DNA of 64,000 nucleotides from Synergistaceae bacterium (GTDB taxonomy: Bacteria > Synergistota > Synergistia > Synergistales > 79-D21), in assembly GCA_012517195.1 (NCBI GenBank), contig JAAYVK010000064.1, positions 1,460-65,459 on the forward strand, in the 5' to 3' direction. The notes beneath the pieces are model-generated. The model searched no databases. It was not told the origin of the DNA and saw only the letters and a program-made list of their open reading frames with translations. Both the position numbers and the translations under genes were made by a program. This document shows, piece after piece, positions 9,038 to 18,780 of the stretch (its first letter is position 1; each line of letters begins with the position of its first letter).

Positions 9038-10953
9038 CGGTATCCTCCAGCCGCTTCAACTTGCCTTCTCCACTCCGGGTCCCGGATTGACTCCAGAACG
9101 GCTTTTACCCCCGGGTGCTCCAGGTGCTTTTCTGGAATGACCAGTTCGAAAGGCTCCCAGGCCATCGTCACGAAATCCAGGCTGAAGGCGTCTGCGGCAG
9201 CCCGGATACCCAGGGCCGCATCCACGACCCCGGAAGCCACGCGGCTCGCGGCATCCAGGTGAGTCATGGCCTGAGTTGTGTAACCGGCGACTCTGGACCG
9301 CTCCAGGCCGGCCTCCTGGAGGAACCAGTCAAGAAGGACACGCGTCCCCGCCCCGGGCTGCCGGTTGACGATCCGGATTTCCTTTTCCACAAGGTCTACG
9401 ATTCCCGACAGTTCCCTGGGGTTCCCTTTCGCTACCAGAAAGCCCTGTTCCCGGTAATACAGAAGCACCCGAACCCAGGGCTCGCCGTTCGCGAACTCTT
9501 CGATAAAAGCATCGTTATAACGCCCGGTCTTCCCATCCAGAAGGTGGCATGCCGCTAAATGCCCTTCTCCCCGTGCAAGCGCCGCGAGTCCGCCGAGGCT
9601 TCCGACCGGGCGGATTGCGAGGTCGGCTCCTTTCTTTCGAACGGGAGTTACGATCCGGGTAAACGCCGGATCGTCCGAGCCCTGGAAAAGAGCCCTCCTT
9701 GACCAGGGCACCGGCTGCCTGAACCATACGGTTACCCCAGTCCCCTTCGGGCATTCAGCCGTTTCCGCCGGCAAGAGGGCAAACCCGTCCGCTTCATGCA
9801 TCGACCACATCGTCGAGGCCCCCGAGGAAAGAATCCAGAAAGTTTTCTTCCCTATCAACTCAGCGGCCTTCACCCTTAGCCACTCTTCCATTCCGGGAGG
9901 GGACGAATGAGGAAGCATCATTTCGCACCGCAGGGATTCGAAGGCCCCCAGGGATCGGCGAAGGAGCGCATCCGTCTCCATCTCGCCAACCGGGATGCCC
10001 GACATGGAAAACACGGCAGGGGCCACCAGGCTCCATGCAGCAACGGCCGCGGACATGGGGAACCCGGGGATTCCAAAGACCAAGGCATCTTTGACCCTGC
10101 CGAAAAGGGCGGGACGCCCTGGTTTCATTCGAACCCACCTGAAAAGGATCTCCCCCTCCGCAGAGATCACCTCGGCGGTGTGATCTCTTTTCCCTTTCGC
10201 CGTTCCGGCCCCGATCAGCACCAGGTCATATGTCTGCGTTGCCTCCTTCAGCTTTTCCCTGATCAGGTCCGCTGCATCCGGCAACACGGAATGGATCTCC
10301 AGGTCCAGTCCCCATTCCTGGAAAATGCCCTTTAGAAGCGCTGAATTGGTTTCCGGGACTTTTCCCCTCGGTCCCTCTTCCGTTGCAACCCATTCCCTGA
10401 TAGGGCAGATTTCGTCTCCCGTCGGGAGAAAGAGGCACTTCGGACGGCGATAGACAGGAATTTCTTCGACTCCCGCGCCCAGGAGGAGAGCAGCAAGGGG
10501 GGGATCCACCCTTTCGCCCCAACGGGCAAGGATCTGTCCTTTCATGACGTCCTCCCCCACCGGGCGGACGTTCGCCCCCGGCGGCAGGGCTTTCGAAAGG
10601 AGGAGATCGCCGTTCTCTGCAAGCGAGGTATCCTCCACCATCACCACCGCGTCGCACCAATCCGGCAGGGGGCTGCCTGTGTTCATCCACAGGAAGCGGT
10701 CTTGCGGGAGTCGGACCACCGTAGCGGGAGTGGCCCCGCCTGTTTCGGCCGCCAGCAGGGCGTATCCGTCCACGGCGGAAGCCGCATAGTGCGGAACGTT
10801 CCGGCGGGAAAGGACATCCTCTGCCAGAACGAACCCCAACCCCTCCTGCGTGGGGATTCGGTCAATCCTCGGGAATCCTGCCTCTCTGACTGCTTCGAGA
10901 ATGATCTTTCTTGCCTCCTGAAGGCTGACATGTTCCCTGCAGACCCTTACCAT
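9025..10953 (-). CDS. moeA: molybdopterin molybdotransferase MoeA fused to a C-terminal periplasmic-binding-protein-like (molybdate-binding-like) domain
   Basis: The N-terminal ~400 aa look MoeA-like (SAVDGYA, LPTGDE, PG.P). The C-terminal ~230 aa resemble the PBP-like domain seen in MoeA fusions of anaerobes and archaea. ATGGTAA overlap with the upstream moeA. Confidence 0.8.
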   Translation of the reverse strand: MVRVCREHVSLQEARKIILEAVREAGFPRIDRIPTQEGLGFVLAEDVLSRRNVPHYAASAVDGYALLAAETGGATPATVVRLPQDRFLWMNTGSPLPDWCDAVVMVEDTSLAENGDLLLSKALPPGANVRPVGEDVMKGQILARWGERVDPPLAALLLGAGVEEIPVYRRPKCLFLPTGDEICPIREWVATEEGPRGKVPETNSALLKGIFQEWGLDLEIHSVLPDAADLIREKLKEATQTYDLVLIGAGTAKGKRDHTAEVISAEGEILFRWVRMKPGRPALFGRVKDALVFGIPGFPMSAAVAAWSLVAPAVFSMSGIPVGEMETDALLRRSLGAFESLRCEMMLPHSSPPGMEEWLRVKAAELIGKKTFWILSSGASTMWSMHEADGFALLPAETAECPKGTGVTVWFRQPVPWSRRALFQGSDDPAFTRIVTPVRKKGADLAIRPVGSLGGLAALARGEGHLAACHLLDGKTGRYNDAFIEEFANGEPWVRVLLYYREQGFLVAKGNPRELSGIVDLVEKEIRIVNRQPGAGTRVLLDWFLQEAGLERSRVAGYTTQAMTHLDAASRVASGVVDAALGIRAAADAFSLDFVTMAWEPFELVIPEKHLEHPGVKAVLESIRDPEWRRQVEAAGGYRWPD

Positions 10954-12173
10954 TGCAAAACCTCCACTTTTTCGCCCTTCCTCCGCGTCTCCTCGTTTTC
11001 CGCGAGTCGAACAAGGGCGTTCGCATCCTTCAGAACCGAGACGTATCCTGACTTGCCCGGTATGGGCAGGACTTCTCCGTTGGAAAGGATCGCAGGGATG
11101 AACTCCTCCACTCCGGCTTTCCCGAAAAGATCCGCGACCAAAACCGCCTCCGCGTTCTTCAGGGGGCTTTCAAGCCCGGCCAGCCGGTATAAAAGCGGGA
11201 GCAGCACGGTGACCGCCACGACGGAACAGGACAGTGGGTGCCCCGGCAATCCCAGAACCAGGCGCCTGTTTTCAAGGCAACCCGCGATGAGGGCTGGTTT
11301 CCCCGGGCTCATGTTGATCCCGCGGACGAGAAGACCGGGGGAAGGAAGGTTTTCCATGATTTCGGAACAGAAGTCCCGGACGCTCACCGATGAACCACCG
11401 CTCAGCACCACGATGTCGTTTTCTTCCATCGCTTTCCTGACCGACTCGGCCAGCCGATCTCGAATGTCCGGCACAATCCCCAGGCGTTTCGCAGAAAATC
11501 CGTGTCGCGCCAGGAGGAATTCCAGAAACCAGGCATTCGCATCCCTGATTTTCCCCGGCGGAAGGGACGGCGTTTCCGCAGGAACAATCTCGTCCCCGGT
11601 CGAAAGAATGCCGATCTTCAGATCGTAGACCTCGACCGTGCAAATCCCCAATGTCGCTAGAAGGCCGACATTTCGATCTCCCACGAGATCGCCCGCTTTC
11701 AGGAGCAGGTCCTTTTGCCCGATTTCCTCGCCGCGGAAAACAAGATTCTCTCCGGACTGGAGGGCCTTTCTAACTTCCAGCCAGGTTCCCGCCTGAACCG
11801 TATCCTCAAGCATCACCACGGAGTCTGCCTGTTCGGGAATCATTCCCCCGGTGTGGACAAGGACACATTCCCCTTCTCCGACCCGCTTTTCAGTCCACTC
11901 TCCCATCGGGACTTCCCCGATGATTCGGAGGAAAACCGGGGCCGAATCCGATGCTCCGGCCACATCCGCAGACCGTAAAGCATAGCCGTCCCGTGTGCTT
12001 CGCGTGAACGGCGGATATTCTACCGGCGAAAGAAGGTTCAACCCGCTTCTCTTCCCCATCGCGTCCTCCAGCGGGACGGAACGGGTTTTTAGGGCCCAGG
12101 GAAAATCCAGCGCACGGGAGACGTATTCAATCGCTTCTTTCCTCGAAATCAACTCTTTGGCAAAACCCGACAT
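10947..12173 (-). CDS. moeA: molybdopterin molybdotransferase MoeA (stand-alone paralog)
   Basis: STRDGYA, ILSTGDE and GLPGHPLS motifs. Start moved to ATG 12173 (SD GGAGG plus 8 nt) from the ORF-track TTG at 12206. Confidence 0.85.
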   Translation of the reverse strand: MSGFAKELISRKEAIEYVSRALDFPWALKTRSVPLEDAMGKRSGLNLLSPVEYPPFTRSTRDGYALRSADVAGASDSAPVFLRIIGEVPMGEWTEKRVGEGECVLVHTGGMIPEQADSVVMLEDTVQAGTWLEVRKALQSGENLVFRGEEIGQKDLLLKAGDLVGDRNVGLLATLGICTVEVYDLKIGILSTGDEIVPAETPSLPPGKIRDANAWFLEFLLARHGFSAKRLGIVPDIRDRLAESVRKAMEENDIVVLSGGSSVSVRDFCSEIMENLPSPGLLVRGINMSPGKPALIAGCLENRRLVLGLPGHPLSCSVVAVTVLLPLLYRLAGLESPLKNAEAVLVADLFGKAGVEEFIPAILSNGEVLPIPGKSGYVSVLKDANALVRLAENEETRRKGEKVEVLQW

Positions 12174-12202
12174 CCCGGGAACCTCCATCCACCCTTTTCG
12201 TT

Positions 12203-12961
12203 TCAACGAGTCTTTACGATCAGAACCGGGTATCCTTTATCACTCAGCGTTTTCGCCAGCTTTTCAGCCTCAGGCCGGTTATCCCCGGCTTGGACCACAA
12301 CTTTCGTCAGTGCCGCTTCTCCGCCGGCCGCCTCGATCAATCCAGCCGCAAAGCCTTCCTGCCGCAGCTTCTTGATCAGATTTTCCGCATTTCCCCGGTC
12401 CTTGAAAGCCCCCACCTGAACTCCCCATGTTTCCTTTCCGGCAGGTTCCGTTCCTTTTTTGGGGCTGGGCTTTACGGCTTCGGCCTTTGGGGGCGACGGA
12501 GGGGCTTCAGTCCCGGCAGGGGCTTGGGCTGAGGACTTCGCCGGGACAGTTTTGACAACCGGTTTTTCCGATGCGGGTTTCGCCTTCGGAGCCGATTCGT
12601 TTTTCTCCAAGGGACTCCCCTCGGGAACGGCCACGACCGTCTCCCCCATTTCCCCGCTAGCGGGGAGGGAATTTCCCCCCCCGACGGTAGTCGACCCGCT
12701 TGCCTCGGTTTGTTCGACACCAGCCGGAGCGGGTTCCACCCTGGCGGACGGGAAGAAGAACAGGCGGATTCCGAGAACAAGCACTCCAACGGCCACCAGG
12801 CCTACGATCGGAAGCATGAAATGGCCGAACCCGAAACTCGTTCTGCGGGATCGGCTCCTGCGGCTCCTTCGGGAAGGGATACGCCTCTGCGGGCGCTCAG
12901 GCAACCCGTCGGGTTCCATTTCGTCTTCGTCCATTTCCCATTCTTCGGATTCAGGATGCAT
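12203..12961 (-). CDS. SPOR-domain membrane protein (acidic/Arg-rich N-terminus, one TM, Pro/Ala/Lys-rich linker, C-terminal SPOR)
   Basis: C-terminal WGVQVGAFKDRGNAENLIKKLRQEGF is a typical SPOR signature. TM is FMLPIVGLVAVGVLVLGIRLFFF. Start set at ATG 12961 (SD GAGGGGGG plus 7 nt). Confidence 0.75.
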   Translation of the reverse strand: MHPESEEWEMDEDEMEPDGLPERPQRRIPSRRSRRSRSRRTSFGFGHFMLPIVGLVAVGVLVLGIRLFFFPSARVEPAPAGVEQTEASGSTTVGGGNSLPASGEMGETVVAVPEGSPLEKNESAPKAKPASEKPVVKTVPAKSSAQAPAGTEAPPSPPKAEAVKPSPKKGTEPAGKETWGVQVGAFKDRGNAENLIKKLRQEGFAAGLIEAAGGEAALTKVVVQAGDNRPEAEKLAKTLSDKGYPVLIVKTR

Positions 12962-14453
12962 CGGTTTTCCCCCCTCTTCTTTTTTCAACAAGGGCTTCCA
13001 TTACATCCACGATTTCAGGTCCTCCCCAGGAAAGGCGATACTCGAGCTCCGCTTCACGCAGGCTCGAAAAACGAACATCGCAGCCCCTGCCCAGTCTTTC
13101 CGAAATGGAAGACTTCAGGATCCGGAATCGATTCTCCGCACCCGCCACGCCCACGAAGGGCTGATTTCCCCAAGCCGTTCCCGGCTTCGGAACGAAGACG
13201 TTCACGGAAAGGGAAACCCCGAGGCGCAACTCTTTCCGGATCGACTCCGCGAGAGTGGCGATCGCGACGAGGTCCTCTTCGGTTTCCGTGGGAAGTCCGA
13301 CCATGAAATAGAGCTTCGCCTTCCTTATCCCTTCGCTGGAAGCCATCTCGAGCTTGTCAAGAATCTGTCGGTTGGTAAACGCCTTTCCGCAACGGGACCT
13401 CAGCCTGTCTGATCCGGCTTCTGGTGCGATGGTCAGGCTTTCTCGCCCCGAAACCCTAAGCGCCCTGACCATCCTGCCCGTCAAACTGTCGATTCTCAGT
13501 GAAGCAAAGGAAACCCCCTTCTTCAGTTCTTCAAGGGTATCCAGCAAAGGTTCAAGCCCCGGGTAGTCCCCTGCTTCCGGCGTAACCAGTCCCACCTGCC
13601 TGAAGGGAACCGTCGAAGCACATCGTTTCAGGGTTTCCAGCACTGCTTCCAGGGACCTCTGCCGCAAAGGTGAAAAGCAGGAAGGCAGGACGCAGTACGG
13701 GCACCCGCGGCCGCATCCCCTTTGCAGCTCCAGAAGAAGGGTTTTCCCAAAGACGGAATTCGGGGAAATCCAGATCCCGTGTCCCAGAGATTCCTCGCAG
13801 GGGGTTTTGGCGACCCTTTTTGTTCCGTTTTTGAGGAGCTCCAGCGCCCTCTCCTCGCCCAAAGCAGGGACCAGGATGGAAGGATGTTCGTCGAGCGCTT
13901 CAACGATGGAGTCCCGGTCGCCTGCCCCACGGCGGCCCCTGAAACATTCGGCAAGATGGGGGATCACGGATTCCCCGTCGCCCAGTACGATGAAATCGGC
14001 GACCGAGATCAGCATCGCCGGGTTGATCGAGGTAAATCCACCCGCAGCCCCGATCAGAGGGAACAGCTCCCCTCTTCGCTCTCTTCCCCTTGAAGGGATC
14101 CCGGCCCTTGACAGGATTTCCAGGAAGTTCAGGGCATCCGGTTCATAAGCGATGCTCGCTGTAATGATGGGGAAGTCCTGCAGGGGACGGCGGCCTTCCA
14201 GGGAAAGGTTGGGGATCGGCGAAAGAAAAAAGCGCTCCACGCCAATCCCCATCTTTTTCAAGTGGTAATACGCATAATGAAAGCCGAGGTTCGAAATCCC
14301 TGTTCCGTAATCTGAAGGAAAAACGAGAGCCCAGGAGGGGTCCCCTCCCCGCGGCATCGAAACGACTTTGACTTCATTTCGGGCGACGGCTTCCCACTCT
14401 CTTCCGAACCGGGGTGATTCACGATAGGGAGAAAGTCGCCTTGATCCCCTCAA
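12951..14453 (-). CDS. radical SAM protein of uncharacterised function with an N-terminal B12-binding-like/flavodoxin-like region
   Basis: CGRGCPYC (CX3CX2C) cluster motif in mid-protein and a TIM-barrel-like remainder (LYFMVGLPTETEED). Function cannot be assigned from sequence alone. Confidence 0.75.
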   Translation of the reverse strand: MRGSRRLSPYRESPRFGREWEAVARNEVKVVSMPRGGDPSWALVFPSDYGTGISNLGFHYAYYHLKKMGIGVERFFLSPIPNLSLEGRRPLQDFPIITASIAYEPDALNFLEILSRAGIPSRGRERRGELFPLIGAAGGFTSINPAMLISVADFIVLGDGESVIPHLAECFRGRRGAGDRDSIVEALDEHPSILVPALGEERALELLKNGTKRVAKTPCEESLGHGIWISPNSVFGKTLLLELQRGCGRGCPYCVLPSCFSPLRQRSLEAVLETLKRCASTVPFRQVGLVTPEAGDYPGLEPLLDTLEELKKGVSFASLRIDSLTGRMVRALRVSGRESLTIAPEAGSDRLRSRCGKAFTNRQILDKLEMASSEGIRKAKLYFMVGLPTETEEDLVAIATLAESIRKELRLGVSLSVNVFVPKPGTAWGNQPFVGVAGAENRFRILKSSISERLGRGCDVRFSSLREAELEYRLSWGGPEIVDVMEALVEKRRGGKTDAS

Positions 14454-14478
14454 TACACCGGCGCCTCCGGCCGCCCGG

Positions 14479-15669
14479 TCAATCTCCGGCCTTCCGCCGC
14501 CGGATCACGGAAGGGATGTCCAGATGGTTCGTCGGAACCCCGCTGATCTTGAAGAGATCCTCCTCCTGAGACGAGGAACGCACCTCGGCTTCCTCCAGGT
14601 CGATCCGGCTCTTCTTGACCCGGGGGACTGCCGCCTGAACCGGCTGAGGCGTCGACGCCCTTCGGACGGTCTCGATCTTCCGAGGTTGGACTGGAGCCAC
14701 GGCCTGTTCCGAAAAGCCGGTCGCGATGACCGTAATCTGGATCTTCTCCCCCATCGATGGATCGACCACGTTGCCCCAAATGATTGTTGCGTCTTCATCC
14801 GCGGCCTCCGTGATCACGCTGGCAGCCTGGTTGATCTCATGGATTCCCAGGCTCGGGCCCCCCGTCACGTTGAAAAGGACCCCCTTGGCGCCGGCCATCT
14901 GGGTTTCCATCAGGGGGCTATTGATCGCCGCCCTGGCTGCGATCTCCGCCCTGGACTCCCCTTCCGCCTCCCCAATCCCCATGATCGCTGAACCGGCGTT
15001 GCTCATGACCGTCCGGACGTCGGCAAAATCAACGTTCACCAGTCCGGGGCGGAAAATCAGGTCGGTTACCCCCTGCACCGCCTGTCTCAAGACATCATCC
15101 GCAAGTCGGAACGCGTCGCAGAGCGCCGTCTTGCAATCGGAGATTTCGAGCAGCTTGTCATTGGGGATGACGATCAGGGCATCCACCTTGTCCTTCAGGT
15201 TTTCGATCCCGGCTTTCGCCTGCATAAGCCGCTTTTTCCCCTCGAAGGAAAACGGACGGGTGACCACCGCAACGACAAGGACCCCCATTTCCTTCGCCAC
15301 TTCCGCGATGACTGGGGTCGACCCTGTTCCGGTTCCGCCCCCCATACCCGCCGTCAGGAAAACCATATCGGTTCCCTCAAGGATCTGGCGAATTTCCTCC
15401 CTGGATTCCTTCGCGGCTTTCATCCCGACCTCGGGATCCGCTCCCGCCCCCAGGCCCCTGGTCAATTCCTTGCCGAGGACAATCCGTACATCAGCTTCCG
15501 AGGTCTGAAGGTGGGCCATGTCCGTATTGGCTCCGACGAACTCCACGCCGACAAGTCCGCTTCTTGCGATATGGTTCAGTGCGTTGTTTCCGCCACCGCC
15601 GATGCCCATCACCTTGATGACTTCCCTGAATGGACGGCTCGCTTTCTCAATTTCAAAAATGTCGGCCAT
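14479..15669 (-). CDS. ftsZ: cell division GTPase FtsZ
   Basis: GIGGGGNNA and GGGTGTGS tubulin signature motifs. C-terminal DIPSVIRRR peptide. Confidence 0.97.
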   Translation of the reverse strand: MADIFEIEKASRPFREVIKVMGIGGGGNNALNHIARSGLVGVEFVGANTDMAHLQTSEADVRIVLGKELTRGLGAGADPEVGMKAAKESREEIRQILEGTDMVFLTAGMGGGTGTGSTPVIAEVAKEMGVLVVAVVTRPFSFEGKKRLMQAKAGIENLKDKVDALIVIPNDKLLEISDCKTALCDAFRLADDVLRQAVQGVTDLIFRPGLVNVDFADVRTVMSNAGSAIMGIGEAEGESRAEIAARAAINSPLMETQMAGAKGVLFNVTGGPSLGIHEINQAASVITEAADEDATIIWGNVVDPSMGEKIQITVIATGFSEQAVAPVQPRKIETVRRASTPQPVQAAVPRVKKSRIDLEEAEVRSSSQEEDLFKISGVPTNHLDIPSVIRRRKAGD

Positions 15670-15699
15670 GCCGTTCGCCTCCTGCAGGATCCAGAATGG

Positions 15700-17025
15700 T
15701 CAAAACAAATCCTTCACGGATTTCCGGATATTTTCCATCACCGCTTTGAGTGCCCCATTCCCTGCCCGTTTCTTGCCGTTCGCGGCACTGGCAGCCCCCC
15801 TGCCTGTGCGCTTGGCCCGGCCTCCCGAAACGGGACCGTCGAGCGATAGGTCCGATTCGATGTACCGGTATGGATTTCGTTCCTTCTCCAGCACGTAGCG
15901 GATGATCCCGGCTCCGCTCGCGTACTCTTCGCTGTTCATTCCCGGCGGCATCCGGCCCGCGTCGATGGGCCCGGCCACCCGAACCGGCATGTCGAGCAGC
16001 CTCGAAACGTAGGCATCCAGTCCGGCCAACCTCGAAACTCCTCCCGTCAGGACGATTCCCCCGGGCAGCATGGAGACTCCTGACTCCTTCAGTTCATTTT
16101 CCACCAGGGAAGAAAACAGTTCATCCAGCCGGCAGGCGATCACCTCGACCACCTCCCGGGTGCTGAAGGACAGGATTTTCCCCAGGCTTTCGACTTCGAT
16201 CTTTTCGTTCTGCCCGAAACTGTCCGGAGATAGCGAGACGCTTTTTTTCAGGGCATCGGCGCGGCTGATCGGAATCCGAAGAACGCAGGCGAGGTCGTTG
16301 GTGATATGATCCCCACCCACGGGAATGACGGAAAGCCTGCGGGGCCTCCCCTCCGAAAACACGGAAACCCCAGTCGTTCCCCCTCCCAAGTCAACCACCG
16401 CGACCCCTGCCATCGCTTCTTCACTCGAGAGGCATCCCAGCGAACTTGCAAGAGGTTTCATAACGAGCCCGGAGACATCCAGCCCCGCCTTGCTCACGCA
16501 ATTGACGACATTCTGGATCACCGCGGAGGGGACGATGATCGACTGGAGTTCGACCTCAAGCCGCACTCCCGTCATATCCAGAGGATCGTCGATGCCCGGA
16601 TGCCCGTCCAGGGTGTATTCGACGGGGATCGTGTGAAGGATGCACCGATTGACGGGTACCGCGATCTCTGATTGCGCGGCCTCGATGATCCGGTCCACAT
16701 CCTCGATCATCACCTGCCTGGCGGAACGGCCCAGGGAGATCATTCCCCGGGTTCGGACACTCGCCGATTCCGCACCTGAAAAGGCCACGGTAACGTCTTC
16801 GATCCCCAGGCCCACCATGCTCTCGGCATCTTCAACGGCAGCCTGGATGGCCCGCGTTGCCTGGTCCAGGTTGACGATCATCCCCTTGCGGATTCCCATG
16901 GAAGGGGCTTCACCGACACCAATGATCTGGGCTTCGCCGCTGCGCGAGTCCAATTCTGCGACGACCACCGCGATTTTCGTTGTTCCCAGGTCCAGACCGA
17001 CCAGAAGATCGGGTTCGTCCTTCAA
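15700..17025 (-). CDS. ftsA: cell division protein FtsA (actin-like ATPase)
   Basis: GLDLGTTKIAVVV and DLGGGTT phosphate motifs. Positioned between ftsQ and ftsZ. Confidence 0.95.
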   Translation of the reverse strand: MKDEPDLLVGLDLGTTKIAVVVAELDSRSGEAQIIGVGEAPSMGIRKGMIVNLDQATRAIQAAVEDAESMVGLGIEDVTVAFSGAESASVRTRGMISLGRSARQVMIEDVDRIIEAAQSEIAVPVNRCILHTIPVEYTLDGHPGIDDPLDMTGVRLEVELQSIIVPSAVIQNVVNCVSKAGLDVSGLVMKPLASSLGCLSSEEAMAGVAVVDLGGGTTGVSVFSEGRPRRLSVIPVGGDHITNDLACVLRIPISRADALKKSVSLSPDSFGQNEKIEVESLGKILSFSTREVVEVIACRLDELFSSLVENELKESGVSMLPGGIVLTGGVSRLAGLDAYVSRLLDMPVRVAGPIDAGRMPPGMNSEEYASGAGIIRYVLEKERNPYRYIESDLSLDGPVSGGRAKRTGRGAASAANGKKRAGNGALKAVMENIRKSVKDLF

Positions 17026-17873
17026 TTCGATTCGCTCCCTTCCGGCCTAAGCCGCTTCCCGCCCGTCCCGTCAGGAGAAACCATCCGTGCAACGATTTTT
17101 CCTTCGTAGGTCGCGTCGATCACAAGGATTCCCTGTTTCGACAGATCCGGATCCGAGAGGATCCCTTTTACAGCGGCAAATACCGCTTCCCAATCCCGCG
17201 GATCGTCTTTCAATTCCAATTGTATCCTTTGATTGTTCCTTTGCGCAATGACTTTCAAATACCGTTGTCCGCCTCTTGCGGAAACCACCGTTCGAATCCG
17301 GTTGCCCAGCCAAGATTTCCCTGCCAGGCTATCCTCCCATTGCCTGATCTCTGCAATCGGAAGGCTGGATTTCTGGACGGACGAATCCCGGCGATTCGGA
17401 TCGATAAATGGATTGAGCAGCTGCTTGTCCCATTCCCAGCTCTGCAAACGCTGCCCTTCTGCGGACGTCTTGCCTGTACCCACGGAAAAGTGTTTCGGCC
17501 AGATGAAGCCCTCGGCTGAAAGGATGTACTCCCGCCCCTCGTAAGACAGGGAAAGCCATGGGACATACGGGCGCACGGCAATTCCGATTCTGCCCCACCC
17601 TGGACTCGTAATTTTGATTTCAGCCGGATAGCGCTCTCCCAGTTCCCGGGCAATCGCACTTCTTCTCATCATGGGGAGGATCCAGAACCGTCTCGAAAGG
17701 CTTCCGACCGATTTCCACAAGACGGTTTCCGGCAGGCTGCCTGGCGGCTCAACCGTCAGCTCGACCAGCCGGAGAAGCTGGTAATGGTTTTCCAACCCGC
17801 AGAGGATTCCGAAAAAAAGGGCAAGCCAAAGGAATTTTCGGCCTAAAGCCCCACCCTTAATCCCACGGCCCAC
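17022..17873 (-). CDS. ftsQ: cell division protein FtsQ/DivIB (single TM plus POTRA)
   Basis: N-terminal TM (FLWLALFFGILCG), size and conserved position between murB and ftsA. Sequence itself is weakly diagnostic. Confidence 0.75.
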   Translation of the reverse strand: MGRGIKGGALGRKFLWLALFFGILCGLENHYQLLRLVELTVEPPGSLPETVLWKSVGSLSRRFWILPMMRRSAIARELGERYPAEIKITSPGWGRIGIAVRPYVPWLSLSYEGREYILSAEGFIWPKHFSVGTGKTSAEGQRLQSWEWDKQLLNPFIDPNRRDSSVQKSSLPIAEIRQWEDSLAGKSWLGNRIRTVVSARGGQRYLKVIAQRNNQRIQLELKDDPRDWEAVFAAVKGILSDPDLSKQGILVIDATYEGKIVARMVSPDGTGGKRLRPEGSESN

Positions 17874-18780
17874 CGAGAAGGTTCACCTCCAGTTCCAGCC
17901 AGATACCGCTCGCTTCGTACACTTTTCGCCTGCAGGCTTGAATCAGCTCCCAGATCTCGCTTGCGCTGGCGGAACCGCGGTTCTCAATGAAATTCGCATG
18001 AATAATGGAAACCCTCGCGTCCCCATTCCTCATCCCTTTGCAGCCCGAGCGGTCAAGCAAAAACCCCGCGGGTTCCTTTCCAGAACCCGGATTCTTGAAA
18101 ACGCACCCCGCCGTGTTGGCTCCGTGCGGCTGAGCCTTTCTTAAAGACCAGAACCTTTGAGCTTTTTCCAGGACGACCTGCCGTTCTTCCTTCAGGAGTT
18201 TGAGCCCGCAGCGAGTGATCAGGCGAATTCCCTCCCGAAGCGAACTGAACCGGTACCGGAAGGAAAGTTCGCTGGATTTCCACCGGCGGAGCGTCCCATC
18301 CTCCTCCACCGTTTCCACCCATTCGACTTTCTGCCCCACGGCGTCCTGCCCCGCCCCGGCGTTGCAAATCAGGGCCCCCCCGATGGTTCCGTGGATGCCG
18401 GTGGCGAATTCCAGGCCCGAGTAGCCGTAGGCCAGGCAGAAATGAAGCAGGCGGCGGATCGAACATCCCGCGTCAGCTTCAAGAAGGAAGGTGCCATCCT
18501 GTTTCGGCGAGAAGGTGAAGGTGTTGATTTTGCCCATCCAGAGGGTCAGGCCGGGGAGACCCCGGGGGTGAACGAGGATGTTGCTGCCGCCCCCGATCAT
18601 CCAGACCGGCACCCCTTCCCTTCGGCAAAAGGCAAAGGCCCCGTGTGCCTCATCGGCATTGCGCGGGGCCAGGAAGGTTTCTGCGTTGCCTCCGGCCTTC
18701 CAGGTGGTCAGGGGCGCAAGAGGGACCTGCTTCTCAAGGACTGTATTCAGTTGTCTTTCAAGCGCTGCAGGCCATTGCAT
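17857..18780 (-). CDS. murB: UDP-N-acetylenolpyruvoylglucosamine reductase
   Basis: PLAPLTTWKAGG and IGGGSNILV FAD-binding motifs. Confidence 0.9.
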   Translation of the reverse strand: MQWPAALERQLNTVLEKQVPLAPLTTWKAGGNAETFLAPRNADEAHGAFAFCRREGVPVWMIGGGSNILVHPRGLPGLTLWMGKINTFTFSPKQDGTFLLEADAGCSIRRLLHFCLAYGYSGLEFATGIHGTIGGALICNAGAGQDAVGQKVEWVETVEEDGTLRRWKSSELSFRYRFSSLREGIRLITRCGLKLLKEERQVVLEKAQRFWSLRKAQPHGANTAGCVFKNPGSGKEPAGFLLDRSGCKGMRNGDARVSIIHANFIENRGSASASEIWELIQACRRKVYEASGIWLELEVNLLGGPWD

